Assembly: GCA_032718475.1 (NCBI GenBank)
Contig: JAUCBJ010003571.1
Coordinates: forward strand, 1 to 64,000
DNA length: 64,000 bases
Source: Nemertoderma westbladi
Taxonomy: Eukaryota > Animalia > Xenacoelomorpha
Direction of reading: 5' to 3'
Notes under the pieces: model-generated
Database searches by the model: none
What the model was told of the DNA's origin: nothing
The model's input: only the letters and a program-made list of their open reading frames with translations
Position numbers and translations under genes: made by a program
Shown here: piece by piece, positions 1 through 13,300 of the stretch
Numbering within the stretch: position 1 is the stretch's first letter
Layout: each line of letters begins with the position of its first letter

Positions 1-3000
1 ATTTCATCTTTCAATGTATTTGTGTACGTTTTCCGGTGAGCTGAATCGATTGAAAGTAATATTTGAAGACCCAGTTGTTTGTCATTTTGTAATAAATACT
101 TGAGCATAATATTTTCTAAATTTTAGGAATATATTAATAAGTAAGGAATAAATTGCATAAACAGAATAGAACATATTAGAATGAAGCATAAATAATAAAT
201 AAGGACAGTTGGTCATATTTTATGGTCATATCAGTTGATCATTCATTTTCTTTTTTGGTTATATATAATTTTTTCAATTATCTTGATAAATACCGGCAGT
301 TCAAGTGGGTCATCAGCTTTATACACAGGTGAGCGTAATTCGTGCTTGCTTAAGGAGGTCGGGAATTTCTGTGTTTGCAATGAGATGTCCCGCCTAATGT
401 TAGAAGTTTTACTGGAAATGGATCATTTGTGAGCTGCTTTCATTTAGAATTGAAATTCAACCTCAACTTCAGAAGTTTTAATGAGCGAAAATGAATTTGC
501 AGGTGATTTATTTCCTTTTATTAATTTGATTGGACATTTTGTTCGCTGTGGGAGCTTATTATGCAGTGATTTCGCAACCTTTGAAAAGATGTTATTAAAT
601 ATATTTGATATGTCGGACGAATTGTCTGTTATACCGTTGTTCTCATCGCCTTTCATTAGCAACCGTTTAGGAGTCCTGCAGGATTTATTTTTTGCTATAA
701 CTGTGTTAATTATTTTCCAGGTGCGCCTAACACTCCCATTGATTCAGCAAAACCGTTGTCGTAATAACGCTGTTCAGCTGTTCTTAAAATTTTAGAGACC
801 TGGTTTCGATATTTTTTTTTCATACGAGTTCTGCACTGTACGGTTATATTTAGTAGTTACTTTATGTTGAATTTAATTTTTGTTTCAATACACTTGGTAA
901 TTCCTTTTGTAATCCACGGTTTTTGTTCCAGTTTCGATCTAATATTTGTGAATTGTATATTGTTTTAAAATCATTATAAAATAGCTCGAATTTTTTTTAA
1001 CCATACAATACACCCCAGTTGGGGTAAACAGAATGGCGTATATTAAAATTTTCATTATTAATAAATCACAAATATAAAACGAATATGAGTATAACGAGAT
1101 GTGGGGCAAGACACGTAGTCGGCGAGTCTTGACATACGGTTCATATAGGGCAAATGAGGCTTGTCCGTCCTTTCTGTCTGTCTGGTAAATGTTTGAACGC
1201 GAATTTCTCGGCATCGGTGGTTCGGAATTGAACATAACTTAACTTAGTAGGAAGTAGTAGAGGGAAAGTTGATCAAATTTGTGAAGTTTGGTGAAAAATC
1301 ATGCAGTCTGACGTCAGCTACGACAGATTATGCGGTTTTTAGAAAATATTAGATTTCTCGGGAACGTCTTATTTTCCTGAGCTGAAATTTTGGATGATTT
1401 TAGAGAATCATGAAGTCTATCTATTACGAATTTGAAAAGTTAAGACATTTAATTGGGGTCCGATAGAGACTCCGAAGTAATGACATAGGCCTACCGGTAC
1501 GGTACTGCTGCACTGTGCTCTGGTAAGTACGAAATTGTAGAATAACAATTTGACACAACCTAGCAGATTAATATACGATTGTATATCGAATTAATACATT
1601 TATAGCATGGGGTATGGGGTCCGAGCACTGTTTGTGTTATAATTGGTCCATTTTAAATTTGTATCTCATAACTGACCTCGTACTGCGCGATGTCCCCACG
1701 AACGTATACTGTATGTCTAAAATATCATTATGAGAGTGAAAATAGCTCGTATTTGCTACCGTTTGGTACACTATCATTATTATAACTCCAATTCGCTGGG
1801 TTTGATATGTCGTGCAGAAAGTTGAACTAATTAAAGTTACTATAATCATATATGTATAGCGCTTTTCCTGACAAAAATAATTTCCAATGTTTCTAGGGTA
1901 TAAAGAGGTCAAGGAGTGTCTTTAATTCTTTAAATATTCTCGCAGCAACTTTAAGGTGCTGGTTAAAGCCGCATGCTAAAAGTGTATGTATTATTGTAAT
2001 TTTTAGATTGCTTTGTATTTTTAAGCAGGTGAACATTTAGGTCACCGCATATGATTACATATGCTTTTTCATTAATTACTTTCGTTAAAAAATTTTCTAA
2101 TTCGTTCAAGAACAAATTAAAATCAGATGATTCAGGTCTATCTATATATGCATCCTACTTACTATCAATCCATTTTTGGAAGCGTTTGTTGTAGGAACCT
2201 CTACCGACACATTTTCTATTCCAGCTATATTCAAATTAAAATATACCCTTTGCATTGCCAGAGTTCCCTTTTGAACGTATATGGCTGCTCTACCTATACT
2301 GGAGTTGGCCAGATAGTAAGCCACAGCACCTCGTGAGCGCGAGGATCGAGAATCAGTATTCATCGGCTTTTCCTTCTTTCTGGTTTTGGTCAGACCGTAT
2401 CACTAAGTAATTTTTCTAGTTCCGCTTCTGATTGAACTGGGATCGAGATGCTTCCTTCCGTCTTTCTTATTACATCGTTCACTGAGAATGCGATATGAAG
2501 GTTACCATTGCATTTATCGTTCTTGGCTCGATGGAGCAATTCAGCTCACGTGGCTTTCAGGTGCTCCATAAAGTAGTATCCTTTAGGAAGTTTATAAGCG
2601 TTTGAGAAACATATTACACATTGGTAGTGGTCGATAAAACTAACAATAATTGGGCACGACTTTCCGGTATCCTTAGATCCTTTATGAGTTATATTACCAG
2701 TAGATCTCGATCTCTATACCCGAGAGGCCAAGAGACAATACGACCTTAACAACTTTGTCTAGGCTTCCAGTATCGGGGACTCCATGGAAAATAATGTTAT
2801 TGCGTCTGTGGCATTTTTCTTGTCCGTCACTGTGGCAACGCACTTCATTCTTTAATGACTCATTTTCCTTTTCCAATTTGTCTCAACAATCGCTAGACTG
2901 ACTTTTACAGTGAGTTCTCAGCGCCAAAGTTTCCAAGTAAAGCGAGAAAGGCTAAATCAGTTTTGCGGACTTTTTCTCAAAACGTTTACGGTCTTCCTTT

Positions 3001-3290
3001 CAAGATCCCAGTATTTTATTAGACTGGCAGCATTACAGTATTATTATTCTCTGTGCTATTTAGTATTATTTTCAAATATACAAAGTTGGAAAGTCCTTAC
3101 TAATACTGTGAACGATTCCAAAAGGTACATCTGTAACACTGAACCTTTTACCCAGTTTCTATATCTTTTCTCACTGCTGGGAGTAAATCAAAGTACAGTA
3201 GCTCATTATCTCATATATTCTGATTACCGTCTATTAACAATTTCCGTAGTTATAACCCTTTTCTCGCTTTTCACCGAGATCGGCTCAGAC
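1..3290 (-). mobile_element. Decayed CR1/L2-type LINE (ORF1, endonuclease, EN-RT linker), interrupted at about 940-1630
   Basis: ORF1-like RRNNIIFHGVPD (2694-2876); APE-like AIYVQKG..ENVSVEV..GCIYR (about 2130-2300); linker KPWITKGI..RRTWKIIN..ISNIFNNIFSKVA (about 560-925); many stops and frameshifts. Confidence 0.65.
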
Positions 3291-4210
3291 TGACTGTAAC
3301 ACCCCTTGACCCGTAAAGTACTTAGACCAACCCAAGGACCCTAGCCCCTTTTTATCACTATTTATAACTGGTGCCCCCTAGTGTATTACGTTTAGAAAAA
3401 AAGTTTTAATATTTAGGTAGTCTGGTACACAAGTACTGTTGTACAGGAATATTTGAAAATGGAAACATAGGCACAATGAGGAACGTACAGTGTTTAATGT
3501 CTCCTCATGCTTGCACTACATCAGTAGGCCTACAGTAATATTATTGTTGGTAGTGGCATCGTAAGCAGATAAATGTAAAATGTCTAAGTTTCAAGGATGG
3601 CTTGCTGAGCATGTGGATGACTTCAGCTACTTTCGGAGGTGAGGTGAAAACCTTCGCATTTGCAAGGGGATATATTAAATAGTCTGTCCAGGATTTGGAA
3701 GTCCCAAAGAATACAACGAAATCTTCGGAAAAGGTTCGATTATTTAAGATAGCAGTATAAATAGTATTCCTAACTGCTCTAATTGCAGAGGATACCAAAT
3801 CACTGGATGGCATATATACAAGAAAATAATGCTACACTGGCTTCATTGTGACAAGTACAAATTAACACATCCCCGATCAAACTCTGTACAACATTGGAGG
3901 TGTTTCATTGGTCTCCCCTAGCTTGACACTTGAATGGTGCTCCCTCCGCTTTGCAGTACATTGCTTTCGCCGTGGGGATTAGCGTGTGCATAATCTTGTG
4001 CTTGTGCTAATATAGTGAATAAGCATGGTGGACAACCCATGACTTTCCTGACTTGCCCCTCTGGTCTTGAAGATACGGATAATTTTGCAAATGTGATAGG
4101 GAGTTGTGGTGGCGCAATTTTATCGACATGCTGGCACAGCATTCTCAATATATGCAATATATATAATGCAACTTGCCGATATTGGTAGTAGTAGTAGTAT
4201 TAGTAGTAGT

Positions 4211-4317
4211 GAAAGGGATACTGAACTTGGAAGAAACGAAATTATGACAACTGGTAGTATCAGGAAGCCTGGAGGGAGCTAATTTCACTGTTCGAGCTCG
4301 CTCGACCAAGCTCGTAC
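4211..4317 (+). mobile_element. Short 3' fragment of the RTE family also found at 23524-24698
   Basis: gaaagggatactgaacttgg..gaaacgaaatt..ggaagcctgga..cgctcgacc aligns by eye to the reverse complement of about 23535-23635. Confidence 0.6.
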
Positions 4318-5534
4318 CATTGCGATGTTTCAAATTTGAGTATAATATTATGTTTACATTGGATTATATAAAAATATAGGAAGTTTCCCCAACTGCCCTC
4401 AATGACGAGATATTTATTTCAGTAACAGCTGACATCCACTTTATATCCGACTCCAACTCAAAAAGAGTTATCAATAATCGAAAACCTTCACCAACATCAA
4501 ATTTTTCTTAAACACAAACATCATTGTATTCATAATAAACAGATTAATTTGCGCTATCTGTAGCTAATACTTTGTATAAGATTAATTGTTTTTATACCTC
4601 ATATAGATTTCTACAATAATGAAAAACAACAAAGTAAAATTAATATAGATCCCTTACTATAATAAATGTATAATAACAAATACCTCGAAAAATACAGCTA
4701 GCCAACACATTGTTACTATCAATAATATGTATGTTAGTATGTAGTGTGTTTGTACAAGTGAACACTGTTTACCGACAGTACGTTTATTGTCTAAACGGCT
4801 GATAGGGGCGACTTTCGAAGCAATCAAAATTCATCCCACCTACCTGCGGGGGAAATTCGACGCATATAACAGCTGAGATTACTCCTAAAACTAAAACTGT
4901 GACCTGTTTTATTGTGTTTAGATTATTGTTTTGATTAGAATAACGTGCCATTGTAACCTGCAACTTTTCTGAAATTGAGAAGTTAACATTGCGGCGGGAT
5001 ATTAATTCCCGAAATGGGATTTGCGTCCAGTTAATTTGGCTTCCAGGTGCCAAAGAAAACTATAAGTTTCATTGTTGCAGTAGAACTTTGTTATTTCGAA
5101 ATGGAAAAAGTTCCTTTTTAGGATCACTCTCCTGTTTATAATACGCTCATGCCCATTGATTGCACTATACAGTATATACAACATTGCACAACATGTTATG
5201 GAAACCAAGCAAAATAAATGTACGTGAACATAAAGAATGTACATAATTAAATTATTTTTGTATATTTAATATGTAAATATATGGCTAACACGAACAGTCT
5301 AGAAGAGTACACGGAACTATAATTAATAATAAGTGAGTCTCGTACATAACATTATGACAAAATTAATACATTTAGCTACAATTATATAAACACCACCACC
5401 GAATTATGGTAGCAACGGTTTAGCAATATCACTATTCAAACACAAATTTGCCAATAAATTTCATTCATTAAAATATAATTAATATTAATGAAAATTGTTA
5501 ATAAAATAATTTATTTTAATTAGTAAGAAAAATA

Positions 5535-5680
5535 ATTAGGTAATTATTAATTAGTTAATAGTTAGTTAATTATTAATTAGTTAATTGTTAGTTAATTATT
5601 AATTAGTTAATTGTTAGTTAATTATTAATTAGTTAATAGTTAGTTAAATATTAATTAGTTAATAGTTAGTTAGTTAAGTT
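5535..5680. repeat. About 26-bp AT-rich tandem repeat
   Basis: ttaattattaattagttaat(a/t)gttag, about 5 copies. Confidence 0.75.
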
Positions 5681-6139
5681 AAGTGTGGATTGTGCGGTTG
5701 TTGGCAAAAAGCCATTCTGCAGCAGTAATCAATTTCGTGTGGTACTTTATGGGTTTGATATTGGTTTGGAATAATTTATTTTGTATTACTATTTTTTTGC
5801 AAACTATATTAAATATACTATATAATATTTTAATTTATATCATTGGAAATTTAAATATTATATTGTATATTATTTAATATAGTTAGAGTTAGAGTTAAAG
5901 TTAATTAAATTAAAATATTAAGCACATATGCAATCAATAATTATATTAATAATTTAAAATGACATTTACGGTTCCAGTAAAGTGATTAAAAATGCTCAAA
6001 TAGCATAATTTGCGAATTACAAATTGTTACTATCTCACATTAAGGAGTCACCGAGTTCAACATGCGATAGTAGGGCTTTCGAGACATATTTATATGTTGT
6101 TATGAGAGTTGAGATTGGGGAGATGTAAGAAGGAATTTT

Positions 6140-6760
6140 CTTTTCTTTACGTTGCTAGGAGGACTCTATAGGGGTGTGTGAGTTTCTATGGTTGTGCGTG
6201 TTTACCAGACGATATGGAAGTTGCAGTGTAGTATTTATTCCAAGAACCTTGCCATGGAACCTTGCCGCTGCTGATAGTGTGGAGCATCCAGACAACTCAT
6301 AAAATGTGTTGTTGGTAACATAAGATCATACGTGTATTAGACCTCTGAGCATCTTCCTGTAATATCCATCTAGTATTTCAATCTCTTTATCACTGAGAGC
6401 TCTGATGTTGAATTTCAAGTTGTGGATGATAACAGATACAGCCATAGCCTTCCACAGTTTAAAGGTGCATTCGGTTGTGAGATATCTATGTCTATCCGTT
6501 GTGGTGAAATGAATGTGTCATCATCGACTGTACTTGAATGGCTTCATTAAGAGTGTTGTTTCGATTGTATTCTAGGAAATTGAGTGATGTTTTTGAGTAC
6601 ATGTACAATGTTAGTCATTCCCTCTATGTCTTTGTGCTGGATGTGCAGATGCAGAGCATAAAGAAGTCGTCTGCATATATCTTGCTTTAGACCTTTATTA
6701 ACCATGATGCCCACTAGATCTATGTCATTGCCGAATTTAAGAAATATTTTGCTGGATAAG
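6140..6760 (-). mobile_element. Decayed RTE-like LINE reverse transcriptase fragment
   Basis: IYADDF at about 6663-6680 and LDGYYRKMLR at about 6345-6375 on the minus strand. Confidence 0.55.
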
Positions 6761-7196
6761 AAATAGAAGGGTACTATTAATGTAAATGAATAGTCAGAAG
6801 ATAAAATGCGCCACTTAGCTCAGAAATAAATTTCAATTTGAGTTCAATGAAATATATTAGCAATTGTCGTGTTTGAATATTGATTACTGAATTCTTCTTC
6901 ACTTTGTTGTTAATTAAACGCCACCTTTACAAACAAATATTAAATTTAAACTATAAATTCACAGTAAAACCAACAATTAGCACTAACTTGTATAATATTT
7001 AACAATTTCACATAAAAAAACCTCTTATTTAAATAATTTTGCAACAACTTCTGTAGCAATTTTAAATAATATCCTTGAAAATTGATTAGCATTGGACATG
7101 TAAAGCAAAGTAATGGCCATTCTTGTCGGTTTGGCGGAATAGTAGAGAAGCATATGTTTACAAGAAATCAGCGAGTATCATGTAATAATTATATTA

Positions 7197-7307
7197 TTAC
7201 AGGTAAATGACAACCATTCCTAGAATTGCGACGCCTATGCCCATTGTCCACAAGGGAGCACCAGCAGTATCAGCTTCCCAATCATTACAACTGCTAGTCT
7301 CGCAACA
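7197..7307 (-). CDS. Terminal coding exon: CCxxxxCN plus GPI-signal-like tail, stop
   Basis: CCETSSCNDWEADTAGAPLWTMGIGVAILGMVVIYL*; hydrophobic end with no cytoplasmic tail. Confidence 0.88.
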   Translation of the reverse strand, partial: CCETSSCNDWEADTAGAPLWTMGIGVAILGMVVIYL

Positions 7308-10300
7308 CTATTAAAATATAATATAAAATTATTAATCATTAATTAATTATATAATAAATAAATGCTTCTGACCTGGACTAGGATTAACTGTTATTTTGAT
7401 AATCAACAGACTGCTGTACTTGTGTGCTGCAATGTGTACTACACATTATGATTATAATATTAATAATTATTTCCAAAATTGTTGTTCATAAAAAACCTGT
7501 GTTACTCATTCACATCATCTGCACTTTAATGCACAGTTTACTATTGTCTACTAAACTAACCTTGGCACATTCACTTATTGTTTTTCCGCTAATTTCTTCA
7601 TCTCTACAATAAACATCCTTGAAGTTTTGTGGGCAAATTCCACCACAGCTCCGAGTGGCTGTTGGACCTTCGCTAGAGTAAGTTACCTGTGCGAAAAAAA
7701 TATTTAAAAGGATATTTATTTCAAGTTTCTGAATTATTCATTCATTCAGATATGATTTCACATCCCATATTCTAATGAATATTATAATATAATAATAAGG
7801 TATTGATTATGTTGCAATAAAATATAAAAATCTTGGATGTAAATTATTTGTTGTTTGTTAAATATAATTTCAGCTTCCACGAATATTAGTCTCAGTGAAT
7901 GACAAATTATTCGTTGATTATTAATTGTAAAACACTCGAGCAATTATATCACAGTTTAGGAAAGGGATTACGCACAAAGTCTTATGAATCATTTTCCAGT
8001 GTGTGGACTGAACTATTCTCCTAATTTAGGTACCATTTAAGGATGTAAGTTAGAGAGAGTTGAGCCTTGCTTAATCCCTTTAAAGCATTCATGCCAAACG
8101 AAAACTCCCTTTGCACGCAAGTAGAGATCTAACCCACAATCTCCGGAGACATATAAATTTAACGCAATCTCGCCAAGAAGGCGGGACTATTATATAGACC
8201 CTGGTTCTGTATAAAATATCCATGAGTAAATTATTTATTTAGTATACGTACACAGAGCGGATAGTGGGGTGTTAAGTTGTGTGTGGTATAATGCACTTCA
8301 AGTAGGAGGTGTGGACTATTGACTTTCCGATTTAGATTTACAGTTTAGAGTGCAAGTTGTACTGAGGAATTTCTACATATTATATCATTTTGTAGAGTTT
8401 GTTTAACGTCGGATACCATTCCTACTTGTTGAATTACTAGAAGAACTTACCCAACATGATTTGAAATCAGTTGTTCTAGTGCATTGCTGTTTTTGTGTTG
8501 GTATTCCAATGCAATCGGCACCTTCACAAACATAGCATTCGTTTACCAACTGCAACAAAAAGTAAAATATTTAGGTTGGGTGTTAGTACTCACCTGTAAA
8601 TAATTTCGATAATGCGATATCATAACATACATCCATCACTAGGATACATTACAGGCCTCTACTGCAATATCATTCCCCAATTCATATGCATTATCAAGCA
8701 AGCCCCGGATATTTTAGGTAACATTTCATCTCAAAATATTACAGGGAATGTCACCACAATATTACTGGCATTATCAGCTGGCAACCATAGAACAAACTCA
8801 TTCAAAAGTTGTCCTATGATAGCAGTGGTCGACAAGACGCATCCGTTGGGCTTGTAGGCAGCATAGCACTGTGTTTTGAAAACCAAATGTTACAGAGGTT
8901 TTATAAAGCCTCGTTGGTTAAGTTGCCATTTTGTCATAGTTGCATCCCGGTGTACTGTACATTCGACATGACATAGATCGTAGAATCAAGGGATCTGATG
9001 TCATTAAAAAACTCAGCAGGTCTACCACCAACTCCTCTGCTGCCGCCAAGAATAAAGTGTTCATTACATAAGAGCAACTGACATGTTATTTCGTATAATT
9101 GGAGATATCAACACACAACTTACCGGATCTGTATCCATTAGAAGCAGAAATAAATAAATGAGAAATAAATTTATTGAAAATTATAATATTAATATGATAA
9201 TTAGTGTGAACTGTGAATACAAGTGTAAATATAAGAAAGGCTGATTGTACACCAATCCAAATATGACCTATAAATTAACACCTTCACATGGCAAAATATA
9301 TAATAATAAATATCAATAAATATATAAATTTTTTTTTTAAAGTTATTAAACTTTATTGTATCTAATTAAATAACTATTAATTAAATTTTTGAGTAATAAT
9401 ACATTACGTAGATAAATATTAATGTTCCATTATTTGTAATATATAAATTGAAATTTTAATTAAATGAATTACTATAAACATTTATAAGTTACCTGAACAG
9501 CTACCGTCAAACAGAGGTTCGTAGTTTGTTTTACATATACAATCCTTCAACCTCTGTGCATTCTCCGGACACTCACAAAACGGTTTTCCCATCATACATG
9601 TCAGCTCTAAAATATAGAAGCATATATAATAATTATCCTAGAAAATAAAAAAAAATTAATAGATATGAAACAAACTAACAGAAACTCAATTTCCCTCATT
9701 AATTTAAATTTAATAAATCAGAGTAATGAAGTAATCTGTTAGTTAGCCTTATAGATATTACATGGAATCTTCTGTAAGAAGTAAATTTAACCTACGTGGC
9801 CTCCCACGCATAAATATCATAAGCCTGGATCATGAGCAACAGTTAAAACAATTAATTATAATTGTAAGCATTCCAGAATAGATAATATCGAATAATTTTG
9901 GGTCAACAGCTCTCTATGTTAAAATATAGCTATAGTAAATGAAATATAGCTCCAGTAATTACAGTATAATTAATTAATACAAATAATATAAAATCATTCC
10001 AGAATATAACATTGAGAATAATGTGGTGGTCAACCTCTCCCTAGATAAGTTAAAATATAGCTACAGTAATCAAAATGAGTATTAATATATAAATATACAG
10101 TGTCCAGACAATTGCGACCTAGCAAATTTATCTAAAATAATGTCGCAATTGTCCGGGTCGCTTTCTTATTTTTAGTCTCCGTATCCTTGTATTTCTTGAT
10201 TACATATAAAATACATAATATCAACACACATTTCATAATACATAATAATAAATTGTTATATTTTAGTAATTCAGTCAGACCTGCCGTCTGTAGGTTGCGG

Positions 10301-13300
10301 AACTGTAGAGCAGTAGGGCGCGAAAAGTAATAAGAACTGAATAAGGCAAGAATGGCAGTACGCGTATATAGGCCTTTTGTTGCGGTCTGACAGCAGAAAA
10401 ACTGCCTGACTGCCTCCTTTTAGAGCACAGCGAATAAGACTGAATATATTAATTAATTTATAATACTGTATTTATATTATAATACAGTATATTTAATATA
10501 ATAAGACATTAAATCCACGCCACACGGGAAGATAAAAAAATAAAAACCCCGGCTACTGCTTGTCTTCTTATTATGAGTAAAAGCAATACTAAATTATCAC
10601 CCTATTACCTAAATTAATTACCTAATTACCTATTACCTAAATTAGTACCTTTATTTACTTTAAATAAAATAAATATACGTGTATATGATCATTATCATGT
10701 ACCTTTACATAGAGATCTCTTCATATCAGGAAAGTATTCCAGCCCATAAGAGTCACGACATTTACATCCGGTACTGTCACATAGATGGTCACATTTAAGA
10801 ATCGGATCTGGATTCTTTCCACATATATCTGGTAAAAATATATGATTTTCATATCAAGGGGAATAAATAAGATAAGAAATACGATAATTAAAACTAAAGG
10901 GAGCATGTTGCAGAGTTCAATAAAACGGGACTATGTAAATTGAATTAATAAATATACTTCATATGGAAGTATTAAATACAAATGGAGCAAATGAAAATGA
11001 ATAAAGATTAATCAGATCCTTTCATCATTACCATGTAGTTGTCATTAAGCTCCCGTACACCCACCTCGGGTAAGTGAAATATATACTGAAAACTATTAGT
11101 TAATGCAATAGTTTTAAATTTAAATTATTATTGTATACCCTTTCCCCCCAAATCAATATGTATGTTATTGTTAGTGTTTTGGTTGTAATGGAATGCACAA
11201 GATATATCTATCATTAGTGGTTATGATCATAGATAATTTCAGTTGTGGTATTGGAACAACATAACCAATGGAGTTTATGATACAGTATATTGTTCCTGTT
11301 GATTAATTAAATTAATATCTGTATAATATGAATACTACTACTAGGATCGGCATGCTGCATTGCAGCTGCATTTTTAAGAATGCTGTGCCGGCTTGTCAAC
11401 AAAATTGCACCGCCACATCTCCCTATCACCCATGACATTTGCTAGATCATCCGCATCTTTAAGGCCAGTGTCCTTTAAGATGCGTCTCAAGAAAGTCATG
11501 GGCTGTCCACCATACTTATTCACTCCATGAGGCTGCCAAAGTACAAGATTATGCACTGGCTGGTCCTCACGGCGAAAGCAATGTCCTGCAAAGCGGAGGC
11601 GATTTTGTTCTAGTGTCAAGCTTGAGGGAACCAATGAGACACCTCCAATGTTATATAGTGTCTGGTTGGAGATGTGTGCATTGTACTTGACACAATGAAC
11701 CCGGCATAGCATTCTTGTGAATGTTATGAATAATATATATTGAAGCATTTCGATATTATACCACTTTCAGATGGATCACATCATTTTAATTCACCAACCA
11801 ACCTGTACATTTCCCTGCCCCATCCGAAGAGTAACCGATGTTACACTTGCACGTCGTATCATCCGCTAAATTTTTGCAGCCGCAATTACTCTCTGAGGCA
11901 TGACATTCAATTGGAACACATGTCCCAGAAGTCGTGTGCGTATAACCAGCCTCGCACTGACAAGTACCGGAACATGAACAGTACCGGTTGGCCTCGTCAC
12001 ACTTCCCTAACATTTAGAAACAAACAAATTGAGAGTCAAAATAAGTTTATTTTATAAGGTTAAGTTTCATAGTATTTTACGGTTATACTTAGACATTCTA
12101 CATTGCATACTTCGTGTTTTTTTAAATAATATTAATTCATTACATTATAAAGCATCAGATAAAACAATAATTAAAATTTCGAATTAGAATTGGATTTCGA
12201 AAACGAAAATATATAATGGCAATGAAAACCAGCGATAAAATATAAAGATTTCATATTAATATTACAGTTGTTATTGCATAACACTGAAAATATAATTAAC
12301 CGGTAGCGTAGCCAACCTTTCAACAGAATACATCTGTTATCTTCAGGGGAAAAAAACACTATAAATATGACCGTCCAAATAATGTAGGCCTATAGCTAAA
12401 TTATAGTAAACAACACTAATAAATTAGGACAAACATTTTATTTTTGAAAGTGAAGAAGTACATTATATAAAGTGGAGAAAAATACAAGAAAAAAAAAACG
12501 AAAATCGAACAAAGTAATGAAAATTCTAAATTGGATAGGGTAAAAAATATATATTTTATATATTAATAATTCTATATAATGTATATAGAATTATTACCAT
12601 TTGTACAACTGCAATATTAATACGAAATCTATATTATTTTTTATGTTTTATCGCTCGCTGGTTTTCAAGGCCATTAGATAAAATTTAATTTAAATACATA
12701 AAGTTTTTTAATTGTTCATATGATGGGGATATTCATTACATATTTAGCATCTGTATTGTTAGTAAAGCACATTATTGGACAGCTGTAAATAGGAATATCC
12801 CAAATATTTATACATACTTTTACATACACCAACAGGGTTCAACAGGTTAATTACATAGTTGTTTATACAACTGCAACCGGATTCAATGCATTCACAGAGT
12901 TGGGAGTTCGGATCGTTGCATTGCAACGGGACGCATTCTCCATTCTTCAAGTGATGATTCACATCAGAGCAACCGTGAACACAAACCTAAAACAATTGGT
13001 AATTCTAATTGTTATAGCCTCAATATTACCAAATTACTATAATGAGATTCTCGAGAGATGTACAAAACTCAAACTGGCTGGAAGTAGGACTTTCCTGAAC
13101 ACGCAGACACAAAATAAGCCAGGAAATTACAACCTGATGATAATCCGTATAATCCTTCTGTTTAGGAGGCCGTGCCTAGCTATCAACAATTATTACTAAT
13201 AATATGTAGCTTCAATGCCAAACTCTACTATATTTGTTCGACATGCAATCTTTAGTCATTCCAACCTGGAGGTTCGATACAAACTGAACAACAATGTAGA

